64,000 nucleotides of DNA from a virus (IMGVR_UViG_3300029288_000059:161237-225236), one strand, 5' to 3'. Positions 30,066 to 40,701 are shown, counted from the first letter of the stretch. Notes: generated by a model from the letters alone, not told the origin. Made by a program: numbers and translations.

Positions 30066-30755
30066 ATGCCAGCACAAAGAAAAAAAACCGCCCGAGACCG
30101 CGCCTATGAAAGTGGTAACAAGGCTTCCATAGCATTCTATGAAGAGTGCGCCCGCCGTCAACGGGAGTACGATATTGCTTGCGAGTTGATAAAAGAAACT
30201 CAAAATGAGGAAATCTTATGGAACGCTACATTCAATCCACGCGAGTCTGTTAGAGAGGTGTTGGCAAGACAAAAACTCCTATCTCCTCGGATAGTAGAAA
30301 AACTACTATCAGACACCCGTAAAATTAAAATAGAGCTAGCAAACAACAAAGAAATATCGGCATTTCATATTTCTAAATTGTTAGAAGATGAAAATATTGA
30401 AGTAAGAATGTACGCGCATAATCGCGTACATGGAAAAATAAGCCTGCTGTATCCAGAGATAAGCTGGACAGCTATAGAATTTACACCGGACAGAGACTAT
30501 ACTGGTGAATGTATGGAGCAAGCACACCGAGGCTTACTACATATAAAAAAACATAGTTGGGACGGTGATTGTGGAGAAAAATCACGCTATTATTTTTATA
30601 TGGCAACTAAATATGTTGCCAATGTTTCAATTGATTTCGATAGCCAAGATTTATTATATCTTGGATCAGCATCTGATGCTAGTGAGGTCGAAGCATTCGC
30701 TATCTTCGAAAAAATAAAAGTTGACTACCCAGATATGATTCATGATTTTACATAA
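30066..30755 (+). CDS. hypothetical protein with helical (HEAT-like) repeats
   Basis: VREVLAR..L....L..D....V...A patterns. Confidence 0.5.
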   Translation: MPAQRKKTARDRAYESGNKASIAFYEECARRQREYDIACELIKETQNEEILWNATFNPRESVREVLARQKLLSPRIVEKLLSDTRKIKIELANNKEISAFHISKLLEDENIEVRMYAHNRVHGKISLLYPEISWTAIEFTPDRDYTGECMEQAHRGLLHIKKHSWDGDCGEKSRYYFYMATKYVANVSIDFDSQDLLYLGSASDASEVEAFAIFEKIKVDYPDMIHDFT

Positions 30756-31191
30756 TAAAAGGATTAACCATGCGCCTATTACTGACGATAATATTCGGCA
30801 TGATTATAACAAACTCAATCTATGTATGGACAGGGGAATTTCAATGACAATAAAATTAAACTTTCAATGCAACATAAATGGTGAATTAGAGGTATCTTTA
30901 GGATATGGAGATGCTTCAATAGGAGAAATACAAATAGAAGAAATCGAGGAATGTCGGAGACATACTGATTTTAGCGTTTTGCCGCCCAACCATTTTGAAC
31001 ACCTTCGCGAACTTGATTTTATAGACGTGGTTGTAATATGCCATTCTCTTAAAATGATTGGATATTTTTATCCAAGCAAAAAACTTGAAGAATTAACGGG
31101 GATAAACGAAGAATTCTTATTATTTATGGACGATTTTGAAATGGTAATTGTATCTAAAAATAAAGCATTTGAATTTTCTATTGAAGATTAG
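30742..31191 (+). CDS. hypothetical protein
   Basis: ORF; true start probably downstream. Confidence 0.5.
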   Translation: MILHNKRINHAPITDDNIRHDYNKLNLCMDRGISMTIKLNFQCNINGELEVSLGYGDASIGEIQIEEIEECRRHTDFSVLPPNHFEHLRELDFIDVVVICHSLKMIGYFYPSKKLEELTGINEEFLLFMDDFEMVIVSKNKAFEFSIED

Positions 31192-31200
31192 GAGGTTGCA

Positions 31201-31356
31201 ATGATTGATAGAAAAAATTATCAATCAACAATCCTTTTTTTGATGTTGCCATCGATGGACGATAAGTATAAATTTATCGCCAAAGATAAAGACGGCTCTG
31301 TTGCTGTTTTTACGGACAAACCCCATATTGAAGAAAACAAATTTTCAACACATTAA
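31201..31356 (+). pseudogene. truncated phage ORF (YKFIAKDKDG family)
   Basis: GGAGG SD; YKFIAKDKDGS...FTDKP then early stop at the island edge. Confidence 0.45.
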
Positions 31357-31453
31357 TCCATTCTTAATTCAAAATGAAGATGGCAGAATAACAAACGTTA
31401 CGTTTGCTAAACTACTCGGTAGCTTATAGTATCAACATTAAAGGAGAACTACA

Positions 31454-31924
31454 ATGGATAAAGCATTAGCTAAGAAAGTTCTTAATGAACTTAAAGAAGC
31501 AATGGACCTAATTGCAAAACGAAACAATATTAAGCCAACAAAACTCAATGGCAGTTTAACTGTTGACGAGCTTCGTTTCACGTTAAAATTTCAAGACTTT
31601 GTTGTTAATAATAATATCCAAGATCAAGATAAAGAAAAACTTAAACAATACGCACAAGATTTAAAATCTTTTGTTGCCGGTACCACTGCTTTAGGGAAAG
31701 CATATCGTATTAATCCGGATACAAAAGTTTCGTATAAGGCGTTTGTTGATTATGTGAATGAACATGACATTAATAATATCAAATTACAAATGCGTAATAA
31801 TAGAAACAATAAACTACTTGGCATTAAAGATAATAACATAACTCATTCTTTTATGGTACGATTTTCGGACGGAACAATTGAGTCACTTACGTGGAACGAA
31901 CTGAGAGCAATGATTCAATGGTAA
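31454..31924 (+). CDS. hypothetical protein
   Basis: ORF with AGGAG SD. Confidence 0.6.
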   Translation: MDKALAKKVLNELKEAMDLIAKRNNIKPTKLNGSLTVDELRFTLKFQDFVVNNNIQDQDKEKLKQYAQDLKSFVAGTTALGKAYRINPDTKVSYKAFVDYVNEHDINNIKLQMRNNRNNKLLGIKDNNITHSFMVRFSDGTIESLTWNELRAMIQW

Positions 31925-31932
31925 TATAAACT

Positions 31933-31970
31933 AAAATAGACAGTATAAACAAATTATACTGTCTATTTTT
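31933..31970 (+). terminator. bidirectional intrinsic terminator
   Basis: AAAATAGACAGTATAA...TTATACTGTCTATTTTT between convergent genes. Confidence 0.8.
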
Positions 31971-32055
31971 ATGACTAACGTTAATCTATATGCAAACTTT
32001 AACAATCATTAACGCAACAAATACCGTTACAACTATGATAAATGGTACCATATTA

Positions 32056-32448
32056 TTACTCCTTATTTATATTGTTAAAAAATTCTACCATTTCTCGGTT
32101 CTTCCCTTTAATATCCGAGTTATCCCATAGTACGTCTTCTCTATTAACATATGATTGAATTTCTTTATTATTAAACCATGTTTGTTCAATATCAAACTTA
32201 TCCCAACGTCTTTTACTTGATTGCTTCATTAAATCATGTATTAAATCATTTGCGATTTGAATTATATTGCACATCTCATCATACGTATGATAATATTTAC
32301 TATGTAATGCACAAAGACAATCATTACATAATTCACCATGTGCTGTTATTGTTTTAATATTACTGATGGAATCATACATCGTAACTGGAAAAATTAATGC
32401 ATGTGTTGTTTTTTCTACTAATTCACCACATTTAGAGCATTTACTCAT
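32056..32448 (-). CDS. hypothetical protein with Zn-binding Cys pairs
   Basis: CSKC and CNDC. Confidence 0.55.
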   Translation of the reverse strand: MSKCSKCGELVEKTTHALIFPVTMYDSISNIKTITAHGELCNDCLCALHSKYYHTYDEMCNIIQIANDLIHDLMKQSSKRRWDKFDIEQTWFNNKEIQSYVNREDVLWDNSDIKGKNREMVEFFNNINKE

Positions 32449-32463
32449 TATGATATCCTTATA

Positions 32464-32847
32464 TTAATAATTCTTAAACTCAATTACCGTATTACTAGTA
32501 TAGTTATAAATGTAAGAATAATTGACTTCTTTACTGGTATGTTTCATAATGTAACGGTCTAATGAACTATGCCAAATATCAACATCTATACCATTACAAG
32601 TATAACGAATCCCACCAAACTTATTAACGATATATTGATATTTAGTAATGAATTTTTTAGTTACTATTGAGTGAGACTCTTCATTAGTAAATAGTATATC
32701 AATATCGTTATAATTCATTCCTGTAATTAAATAATTTGCACTTGAACTAACAAGATAGCCACCATATTTCAATGAGTATTCCACTATTGGATACGTCATT
32801 ATTAGTTCAAGTGCATCATTATTAATCTTTAGTTTCGTCATATTCAA
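32464..32847 (-). CDS. nucleotidyltransferase-like hypothetical protein
   Basis: GGYL...DIDILF...DVDIW resembles the Pol-beta GG/DxD signature. Confidence 0.5.
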   Translation of the reverse strand: MNMTKLKINNDALELIMTYPIVEYSLKYGGYLVSSSANYLITGMNYNDIDILFTNEESHSIVTKKFITKYQYIVNKFGGIRYTCNGIDVDIWHSSLDRYIMKHTSKEVNYSYIYNYTSNTVIEFKNY

Positions 32848-34111
32848 CTACTCGTCCGAATGGGGCTTTAAACTTTTCGAAGTTGCCACTATTAATTACC
32901 CAAATCGTATTACAATAATCAGGGATGCAACGTTCAAACCCACATTCACCATCTGTAAACATAATGAACAGTTTCGGACTGATGTGATGTTGTTTCATAT
33001 AGTCCCAATTAGAACCGAAATCAGTTCCACCACAGGCATGGCGTTCAAAATGCTCAAGTTTTTCATCCCGATTGTGTTCCGTAACTTCCAATATAGATTC
33101 TTCGGCTACGTTAGTATCGAATTGCCAAAGTGTTAATTTGAATGTTCTATATTGTGAACACATACCGGCAATTTCACTAATAAAATCAGTAGCTTGTTTA
33201 TCAGAAATACTACCCGACATATCCATTGCAATAGTAACATCAACAGTCGTTTCTGGTCTTGGTCCAGGTAAAATTATTCCCATGCTACTTGAACGACGAT
33301 GTGGGGTATAAAAACTACTATCTGATTTAACTTGTGATTGTATATTATCACGTATAATATCACGCCAATTCAATCTTGGTTCAACAAGTTCATTTATCCA
33401 CTTACTAATTCTTTGTGGCGTTGAGCCCGGAGGAGCAGCTTGGGCAGCTCGAATCATCATGTCTTTAATTTTTTTAGGGATGTCTTTTAATTCTTCTTTA
33501 GTTGTACCATCATTGACTTCATCGAGTAAATCTTGTAATTTTACTTTTCGACGTGTGATACCGTCTTTACCCTTACCTTCATCCCCTTCGGTACTTTCAC
33601 TACCACCATTACCTTCCCCATCATCGTCCCCATCTTCACTGTCAAGATGAGTATCAAGTGTAATCATAATTGGTGGATGTTCTTTTATGAGTGAATCATA
33701 TATTTCATATTCATTCATATCTTTATATTTGTCGTCGAGCAAACAACCTTTAGGCATCTTACCGATACCTTTTTGATAATACTTACCAAACTGATTATTA
33801 ACTAATTCATAGTTAATAAAATAGTCAATTGCCATATTCCAATAATCATGTATACGACCCCTACCTCTTGGGGAATGGTCATATATACAATGTAGTAATT
33901 CATGTGCAATAGTGAATTCAACTTCGTCGTCCGTTAATTTCCCACACCACTCGGGATTATAGAATAAATGTTTGCCATTTGTTGCGGCAGTATCAATTTT
34001 TTGAGTTTCAACTAGTACAAGACTAGATGCCATAATCCCAAAGAATGGATTCTTTATCATAATCTTGATATGTGACTTCATTATTTTATCGTAGGCAATA
34101 CTATTAGTCAT
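32822..34111 (-). CDS. DUF2201-type metallopeptidase-like plus vWA domain protein
   Basis: TAATNG, AHELLH, WN.A.D; MIDAS DMSGS, FDT, GGTDF, FTDG. Confidence 0.88.
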   Translation of the reverse strand: MTNSIAYDKIMKSHIKIMIKNPFFGIMASSLVLVETQKIDTAATNGKHLFYNPEWCGKLTDDEVEFTIAHELLHCIYDHSPRGRGRIHDYWNMAIDYFINYELVNNQFGKYYQKGIGKMPKGCLLDDKYKDMNEYEIYDSLIKEHPPIMITLDTHLDSEDGDDDGEGNGGSESTEGDEGKGKDGITRRKVKLQDLLDEVNDGTTKEELKDIPKKIKDMMIRAAQAAPPGSTPQRISKWINELVEPRLNWRDIIRDNIQSQVKSDSSFYTPHRRSSSMGIILPGPRPETTVDVTIAMDMSGSISDKQATDFISEIAGMCSQYRTFKLTLWQFDTNVAEESILEVTEHNRDEKLEHFERHACGGTDFGSNWDYMKQHHISPKLFIMFTDGECGFERCIPDYCNTIWVINSGNFEKFKAPFGRVVEYDETKD

Positions 34112-34186
34112 ATTATATCCTCCGTTGACTTGTTGTATAACTTTATTTTAATATAAAGCTAACAACAAGTCAATGATTATATGTAA

Positions 34187-35440
34187 TTAGGCAGCTTTCT
34201 GTTGACTAAGTTCTTTACTTACTTCAGCAATAATGGAACCATATTTCTTTTGGTATTCATATAATGAAGACACTTTCGTCCAATTAAATTTAAGACCGAA
34301 ATCAACGTATGACTTACGTACAATCATCGTTTTAATGCCATCACTTTGTTTCATGCCATTCAATACAAACTTAAAGAATGTTTCAGCACGAGTATCAAAT
34401 TCGGCTTGTGTCATTTTCTTCTTTTGACGTTTTTCATCATCTTCTTTAATTTTATAAAGTAATGTCATCGAAAGTGAATAGTTCAAATCAGGACGAGTTT
34501 CTTTAAATTCCGTAATTTTTCCTGACAGAACGTCTTCGGGATTTGGCAATTTAGTTACTTCTTCCAAGTAACACATAAATTCATTTGCCATTGCTACACC
34601 AATATTACCAATAGCTAAACGACTAATCAATGTTAAATCGTTAGTTGCTTCCATTAATGTTGATAGACGAGCCCATGAACGACCCGTAGCAAATGCCATA
34701 TTTTTACCAACTTCAGATTGGGAAAATAAGTTATGTGGTTTTGCTTCGATATACCCAATAATCGATGGATTTACACGGGCAGTAATTGCCCAACTTTGCC
34801 ATTCTTTATATTCTGGTTTAACTGTTACGTGTGTAAACCGATTAGCAAGTGGCGCAGGTAACTCAAATACGTTGCCATGGTCATTTTTACGATTACCGGC
34901 AGCAACGATTGATACGCCTTTTGGTAACGTATAATTACCAAGTTTTCTATCTTGCATTAATTGATAGGATGCTTTTAAATTTGCATCATTAGCATGATTC
35001 ATTTCATCAAAAAACATAATGCCTTTAAAATCCGGGTCAGTCGGCATAAAATCTGGTACAGTCCACGTCAATACCGATTTATCATTACTGTCTTTTGCAA
35101 TGGTCGGCATTCCACGTAAATCCAATTCAGATAATTGTGATAAACGAATATCAATGAAATGATATTCAGTTGGCATTTCATTTAAAAGACTATTTAATTC
35201 AAGTGATTCCATACTGGAAATATTAGTTGTCTTTTTAAGTTTAGCTAATTTCATTTCTCGGTCAATTTCATTTGCAATATTTTGAACTGACCAACTTTTA
35301 CCACAACCAGGAGGACCCCAAATGAATACTGACGTATTCGTTCGAATACAAACACGTAATAGGTCTTTCCCTTCATTTACAGTAAATTCATCAATCGTAT
35401 ATGAATCTTGTAATTCTCTTGTTTTGTCTGTTTTAGCCAT
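34187..35440 (-). CDS. MoxR-like AAA+ ATPase
   Basis: WGPPGCGKS, FFDEMN, AAGNR, LANRF, RSW. Confidence 0.88.
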   Translation of the reverse strand: MAKTDKTRELQDSYTIDEFTVNEGKDLLRVCIRTNTSVFIWGPPGCGKSWSVQNIANEIDREMKLAKLKKTTNISSMESLELNSLLNEMPTEYHFIDIRLSQLSELDLRGMPTIAKDSNDKSVLTWTVPDFMPTDPDFKGIMFFDEMNHANDANLKASYQLMQDRKLGNYTLPKGVSIVAAGNRKNDHGNVFELPAPLANRFTHVTVKPEYKEWQSWAITARVNPSIIGYIEAKPHNLFSQSEVGKNMAFATGRSWARLSTLMEATNDLTLISRLAIGNIGVAMANEFMCYLEEVTKLPNPEDVLSGKITEFKETRPDLNYSLSMTLLYKIKEDDEKRQKKKMTQAEFDTRAETFFKFVLNGMKQSDGIKTMIVRKSYVDFGLKFNWTKVSSLYEYQKKYGSIIAEVSKELSQQKAA

Positions 35441-35514
35441 ATTTTAAGTCCTTTCCGTTTATAAAACATAATTAATGTCAACATACTATGTGAAGTTAAT
35501 TACAAAGTCAATAG

Positions 35515-35712
35515 TCAACTATGTAGATTCTTCACATACGTATTCGGGTAACATTTATAATGTTGATAGAACAAATTACTCAGTTCATGTTCATCCACAT
35601 TATGTTTAATCGCAAATTGTGATACATAGTCATAAACTTGTTGTGCTTTAACAAGTTTATCCTCAAATTCATGTTGTAATGAACTTTGTAGCTTTTCAGA
35701 ATAATCTACCAT
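35515..35712 (-). CDS. small hypothetical protein, paralog of 35718-35945
   Basis: V..(F/Y)V....I..N..E..L...F...Y shared. Confidence 0.5.
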   Translation of the reverse strand: MVDYSEKLQSSLQHEFEDKLVKAQQVYDYVSQFAIKHNVDEHELSNLFYQHYKCYPNTYVKNLHS

Positions 35713-35717
35713 TTATT

Positions 35718-35945
35718 TCACCATAAAGATTTCTTAGCGTTAGTTAAAGCTAGTTTATCAGAAGTCGTGTTATAAATTTTACGGAATTCACTTAATAAAA
35801 CATCTTCATTGATATTATATTGTATGCATACCAATGTAACAAACGCAAACACTTTCTCCCTATTATAGAAGTCGTTTTTGAAGTATGCTAATATCGTCTT
35901 ATTTAAGTATTCCGCTGCTTCAGTTAACATAATACCTAACTCCAA
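35718..35945 (-). CDS. small hypothetical protein
   Basis: Paralog of the neighbouring ORF. Confidence 0.5.
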   Translation of the reverse strand: MELGIMLTEAAEYLNKTILAYFKNDFYNREKVFAFVTLVCIQYNINEDVLLSEFRKIYNTTSDKLALTNAKKSLW

Positions 35946-36059
35946 TTAAACTGTTTATAATTTTAGTATAACATAATAAGTATTAATGTCAATAACTTTT
36001 TTTAAAAATAATGGTTGTAAATTAGAACATATATGTTATACTAAAATTATAAACAATTA

Positions 36060-36386
36060 ATGGAGGTTAAAACAATGATTAAATATAAAATTACCAACGC
36101 TACTCCCAATGAAATAAAAGGTACGAGTTTAAAGGGATATATTGAAGCCACCAAACAACAACTCGTTGATGTACTAGGTGAACCCACCAATACATATGAA
36201 AGTGACAAAACAAGTATGGAATGGCATTTTGTAATGATTGATAAAGGTAAACGAATCCCCATTACGATTTATGACTATAAGGACAAATATGTTGGTGGGG
36301 TTTATACTTGGCATATTGGTGGTAAAGAAGCTATTGTGCTTTTTCACATAAGTAAATTATTCCCAAATAATGAAATTACAAGATAA
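36060..36386 (+). CDS. conserved phage hypothetical protein
   Basis: GTSLKGYI...L...LGEP...DK...EW....TIYDYK....WHIGG. Confidence 0.7.
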   Translation: MEVKTMIKYKITNATPNEIKGTSLKGYIEATKQQLVDVLGEPTNTYESDKTSMEWHFVMIDKGKRIPITIYDYKDKYVGGVYTWHIGGKEAIVLFHISKLFPNNEITR

Positions 36387-36393
36387 AAGTTAA

Positions 36394-36428
36394 GGGTAGA
36401 AAAGGGTGATTATATCCCCTTTCTACCC
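36394..36428. terminator. bidirectional terminator
   Basis: GGGTAGAAAAGGG...CCCTTTCTACCC between convergent genes. Confidence 0.75.
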
Positions 36429-36435
36429 GTATAAC

Positions 36436-36930
36436 TTAATCATTATCGTTATCAGTAACAATCTTTGATGATGAACTAAACAAAAATGTTGCTAATGTAT
36501 CTTCACTATCAAATATTTCTGTATTAGCAGGTTCAGTCGCATTAGACTGGTGGTCAATGTAACCATATTTTAAATCAAAATGTCCATCTTCATCAACTTG
36601 TAAGTTGTTCTCAATTACTATGTCGCCGAGATTATCATTAATAACCTTATATAGCATATCGAGATACTTTTGACCCAGTACTGGTTCACGATTACAATTA
36701 ATCTCATCTTGCATTTCATAATAACATTGAAACAATGCAAAATTGACTTTTGAACAGCTATCATTATATTTCTGTTTCTCCCAACCGAATTCAGTCTCAC
36801 CATTCATATTGGGTAAATTGACAATACCACAATCGGTTAGTTTAGCACATTCATCTTCTTCTACATAACCATCAATTATTACAAATGAACTACTGGAGCT
36901 ATTGGATACGAATCCTGTTCTAATTTTCAT
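36436..36930 (-). CDS. MKIRTGFVSNSSSSSF-family acidic protein, copy 1
   Basis: Ser-rich N-terminal motif; FGWE, GYIDHQS. Confidence 0.8.
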   Translation of the reverse strand: MKIRTGFVSNSSSSSFVIIDGYVEEDECAKLTDCGIVNLPNMNGETEFGWEKQKYNDSCSKVNFALFQCYYEMQDEINCNREPVLGQKYLDMLYKVINDNLGDIVIENNLQVDEDGHFDLKYGYIDHQSNATEPANTEIFDSEDTLATFLFSSSSKIVTDNDND

Positions 36931-37160
36931 CTTTTCATTTCCTTCTCAATACCAAAACGAGTAGTTAAATTAAAATAATCAACTAATTTGTTGGATTCTT
37001 CATAACTAACATCTTTAGCTAATTGGGCGAGAGTTACTCCAATCGCATTATGTACATGACTATGATTCAACTTCAATTCATGTTGAATGCGTCTTTTGGC
37101 AATTTCAATTAGTAACTTATTTTTATATTCATCCGTAATTCTAGTTATAGTTTCTTCCAT
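36927..37160 (-). CDS. hypothetical protein in the radical SAM operon
   Basis: Overlaps the downstream start (ATGA). Confidence 0.55.
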   Translation of the reverse strand: MEETITRITDEYKNKLLIEIAKRRIQHELKLNHSHVHNAIGVTLAQLAKDVSYEESNKLVDYFNLTTRFGIEKEMKR

Positions 37161-37171
37161 TTTATACTCTC

Positions 37172-38239
37172 CTAAATCTTAAAGTATATACAAGAACGAT
37201 TACATTTATGTAAGGATTCTCTAACTTTTTGCACTGATGAATTATTCCAAACATCAGTTAAAAAGTTATTTGAATTAACAACATTGATACCAGTAAATGA
37301 TTCTTCTGCAAAAGAGCAAGGGAAATATTTACCTTCCACATTAACATAAGAACTAAATGAACTTTGTTCACATGGTTCAACCATTTTTTCCATCTCAATA
37401 CGTTTAGGGTGGTCTTTTATAGATTCCAAAAACTTATGAGAACTACAACTATCCATCCCAAAGTTAATACCTAATTGTAGTGCAAGTTTAATAACAAAGT
37501 TGAATTGTTCTTGTGATACCGTATTAAAATGTTTGCCACGTCCTTTTTGTTTAAGACTTAATATAACAATGGCATTCATTTTAGATAAACGTTCATCTGT
37601 CTTCATATCATACATAGTTTCAATAAGATTATCGTATGTCTCTTTTGAAAGTAAGGCATGAATATTCACCTGTTTCATACCTCTATCTGTTAAACGTTTA
37701 ACCGAATCATAACACCAATCTTTATTTTCATAGCGAGATACCGCACAAGCACCACATAGTGACGCAATTTTATCAGCTACGTCTTCACTAATATTAGCAA
37801 CTGTTATATTTGGGATAATCCCTTTACTTCTTGTATATTCCATCATTTTAAAAATATCAGGATTAGCAATACAACTTGCATCGGCACCAAATGCAACTTG
37901 TGTTAATACAACAGGCATCTTATCCAATATATTCTTATACGTATCTAACGTCATGTTTTGACCCGTAATAGTATTAGACTTATAGCAAAATGGGCATGGT
38001 TTATTAACACTATTATCATTTGTGGATGGACCACCGCATTTAGTAGTGACTTCAATATCTAATATTTCAGGACCAAATGGAGATACTTGTGGGTCATCTT
38101 CTTGTGTTTTACCCCAACGAGCAAATACACCATTCTTCTTATTGAACACATAGTTATAAGTATCACTTGAGACAGTGGTGATATCACCCATACTATGAAT
38201 GTGTCCTAATTCACCGTTAATACCGATTATGGTTTGCAT
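37172..38239 (-). CDS. radical SAM enzyme with SPASM/twitch-like C-terminus
   Basis: Extended CX13CX2C motif (KCGGPSTNDNSVNKPCPFC), PNITV; C-terminal CEQ..S.YVNVEG..FPCSF..C..C. Confidence 0.88.
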   Translation of the reverse strand: MQTIIGINGELGHIHSMGDITTVSSDTYNYVFNKKNGVFARWGKTQEDDPQVSPFGPEILDIEVTTKCGGPSTNDNSVNKPCPFCYKSNTITGQNMTLDTYKNILDKMPVVLTQVAFGADASCIANPDIFKMMEYTRSKGIIPNITVANISEDVADKIASLCGACAVSRYENKDWCYDSVKRLTDRGMKQVNIHALLSKETYDNLIETMYDMKTDERLSKMNAIVILSLKQKGRGKHFNTVSQEQFNFVIKLALQLGINFGMDSCSSHKFLESIKDHPKRIEMEKMVEPCEQSSFSSYVNVEGKYFPCSFAEESFTGINVVNSNNFLTDVWNNSSVQKVRESLHKCNRSCIYFKI

Positions 38240-38301
38240 ATATTCTACTCCGAATGTAAATTATAATACTATTATAACATATACTTGTTTGGAAGTCAAC
38301 A

Positions 38302-39354
38302 TTATATAATAGTTCTTGTGAGGTAGGGAATATTTAATTTTGAAATTCTCTCAAATGTATCTTCATCGATGTCACCGTCAATAATTAATCTTTGGCATTT
38401 AAGAGATAATTTACCAGTTACTTTAACGTTATTCCAGTTAAGTTCTTCACATTCAATAGTTAAATTTTCAACAACACAATCTTTCAACGTAACTATATTG
38501 CTATGAATCTTAATAGACGGCGATGTAATATTCGTGAACCGAGTCTCAACATTGGTGATCTCATATTGTATATCATCTAATAGTTCATACTTGTAACCGA
38601 CTTTGTTAGTTATATTTAATATAGGAATATTATCAACCTTTAATACGGGGTTAATTATTTTATTAGTATAAGTATTAACTCTCTTAGTGGGGCGTTCATA
38701 TATACTGGATGCATAACAATTAACTTGTTCTGCTACTATATTGTTTGAAAGATGATATAACGTATTTATGTCAATACTCAATATCTGTTTTGCGTTTAAA
38801 GACTTAAACTCTAAGAAAGAAGGATGTTTACCATAGTATGGCGTAATTGACGCAGTGGTACATTTAATATTATCAACGTTGAGTGAACCATAACAGTTAA
38901 GTTTGTCACATACAATTTCACGACTATAAAGAGTATGCCCTGAATTTACGTATATGTCATTAGCGGTGACATGGTGACAATATAACGCCCCATTAATAGC
39001 AAGATTGCCACCACAAGTGATATTACCATCTCTAGTATGAACTTTATTGGTTGATTTTTCATTATATTCAGTTGTTAGGACATTATTAATGTCGGGGTCA
39101 AACCAACCACGTGAAGAACTATTTAGAGAGCAACTAGCCTTAGTTGCTATATTCCCCTTACTATAATTCTTCGATAGTAATAAGTCACTAATACTGTAAA
39201 CGTTAATATTACAATTTACTAATTGTGGTTCATTATATCGTATGTGAACAATCGCATTAGTATCATTTAATATATCACTAGTGACTTCATTCTTATTCGC
39301 AGTAGTTGTCATAACTACTTCATCTTTACTGGGCATATCAATATATGTTCTCAT
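38302..39354 (-). CDS. beta-solenoid / bactofilin-like paralog family protein
   Basis: GNITCGGNLAINGALYC, IVCDKLNCYG repeats. Confidence 0.55.
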   Translation of the reverse strand: MRTYIDMPSKDEVVMTTTANKNEVTSDILNDTNAIVHIRYNEPQLVNCNINVYSISDLLLSKNYSKGNIATKASCSLNSSSRGWFDPDINNVLTTEYNEKSTNKVHTRDGNITCGGNLAINGALYCHHVTANDIYVNSGHTLYSREIVCDKLNCYGSLNVDNIKCTTASITPYYGKHPSFLEFKSLNAKQILSIDINTLYHLSNNIVAEQVNCYASSIYERPTKRVNTYTNKIINPVLKVDNIPILNITNKVGYKYELLDDIQYEITNVETRFTNITSPSIKIHSNIVTLKDCVVENLTIECEELNWNNVKVTGKLSLKCQRLIIDGDIDEDTFERISKLNIPYLTRTII

Positions 39355-39602
39355 TAGACTGCCTCCATAACCATGTTATAGATATATGATTCCATCGTTT
39401 GTTCAAACTCAATGTTTTGATATACATAAGTAGGTAGGGTGGATATCCAATTTTGTATTTGGCAGTATACATCTTTTTCAATGATGTTGAATTCACCTTT
39501 TTGAATCTGTAATACTAATACATCATCATACCATACATCTGCCGTCATTATGAGTGGGATATTACTATGTATTGTTACATTTGTTATGTTGAATTTTGAC
39601 AT
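39354..39602 (-). CDS. hypothetical protein
   Basis: ORF coupled to the downstream gene. Confidence 0.5.
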   Translation of the reverse strand: MSKFNITNVTIHSNIPLIMTADVWYDDVLVLQIQKGEFNIIEKDVYCQIQNWISTLPTYVYQNIEFEQTMESYIYNMVMEAV

Positions 39603-39660
39603 GATTAACCCATCCTTTATGTTGTTTATAATATAATACTAACATACAGGAAATATAATG

Positions 39661-40344
39661 TCAAATAATTTCCATAGTGAAATCATCACAAGTATGCGAT
39701 ATCTTATTCAAATCTAAATTAGACTTAACATCAATAGTAGGTGAAGTTATATTTAAACGCTCTAACCCATCTATATCGATAGATGTATTTTGAAACGTAT
39801 TTAATTGTAACTTTATATCTGCTTGAAAGTTACAGATGCCGGCTATTACATTTGCGTTAATAGTATAGTCACTTCCTTGTACTAGTGAATTTTTAATAAT
39901 GTCACAATTTAGTTCGGTTTTGAGGCTCTGTACTAAACTTTTATATAATGTGAAACGTATTGGATTTATTGGTTCTATGCATAAGTTAGAAATAACAGTA
40001 TCAAATACATTAATATCTAAAGTACGTTCATCGCTATAAATTATCTTATCTATATTACAGTTTTGTAATCTTAGACCATATTTTGAATATGGAATATACA
40101 AACCACATCCAATATTTAATCTCAATTCTCTAATGTCGCAGTTAGTGAATTCAATTACCTGTACCACTCCAAATGTACTACCATATCTAAGGTTATTAAC
40201 AACTTGTACAACATCGAAACATTCATCATTAACGACTAGTTCAATACTCCGCGTCAGAAACTTACCCTTATCTTCTGAGAATCCAACATAACTGACATTA
40301 TTAATAGGATATTCAAGCATGGAATTATTCCTAAAGAACGCCAA
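39661..40344 (-). CDS. beta-solenoid-like paralog family protein
   Basis: FTNCDI, LQNCNI periodicity. Confidence 0.5.
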   Translation of the reverse strand: MAFFRNNSMLEYPINNVSYVGFSEDKGKFLTRSIELVVNDECFDVVQVVNNLRYGSTFGVVQVIEFTNCDIRELRLNIGCGLYIPYSKYGLRLQNCNIDKIIYSDERTLDINVFDTVISNLCIEPINPIRFTLYKSLVQSLKTELNCDIIKNSLVQGSDYTINANVIAGICNFQADIKLQLNTFQNTSIDIDGLERLNITSPTIDVKSNLDLNKISHTCDDFTMEII

Positions 40345-40699
40345 TTTGAATTAAGAATACTTGTCGTTTGTACCAATCAGGGCGTGAATCAACGAACGAT
40401 AGTTCAACTACCAACTTAACCCATTTACAATTCTGTAATCTATCATCGTCGAAGAACGATTCCACATTATGAATTATTACGTTATCTTTATAGTATTGTC
40501 TAAATCTTGTCAATATGTAAGTTTCAACTATTTGTTTAGTAGATGTACTTATTGGTTTATACGATATAATATCAAGTAAGTTATCAAAAAAGACCGTAGG
40601 AAAGTATGAATGTTCTTGTCTCACAAGAATATTACCCCTTGTAGTTTGCATAACTTCCAATGGATAACCTTGTTGTTTCCAATACATTTCCACCATCAA
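40331..40699 (-). CDS. hypothetical protein
   Basis: ORF in operon. Confidence 0.5.
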   Translation of the reverse strand: MMVEMYWKQQGYPLEVMQTTRGNILVRQEHSYFPTVFFDNLLDIISYKPISTSTKQIVETYILTRFRQYYKDNVIIHNVESFFDDDRLQNCKWVKLVVELSFVDSRPDWYKRQVFLIQIGVL

Positions 40700-40701
40700 G
40701 T

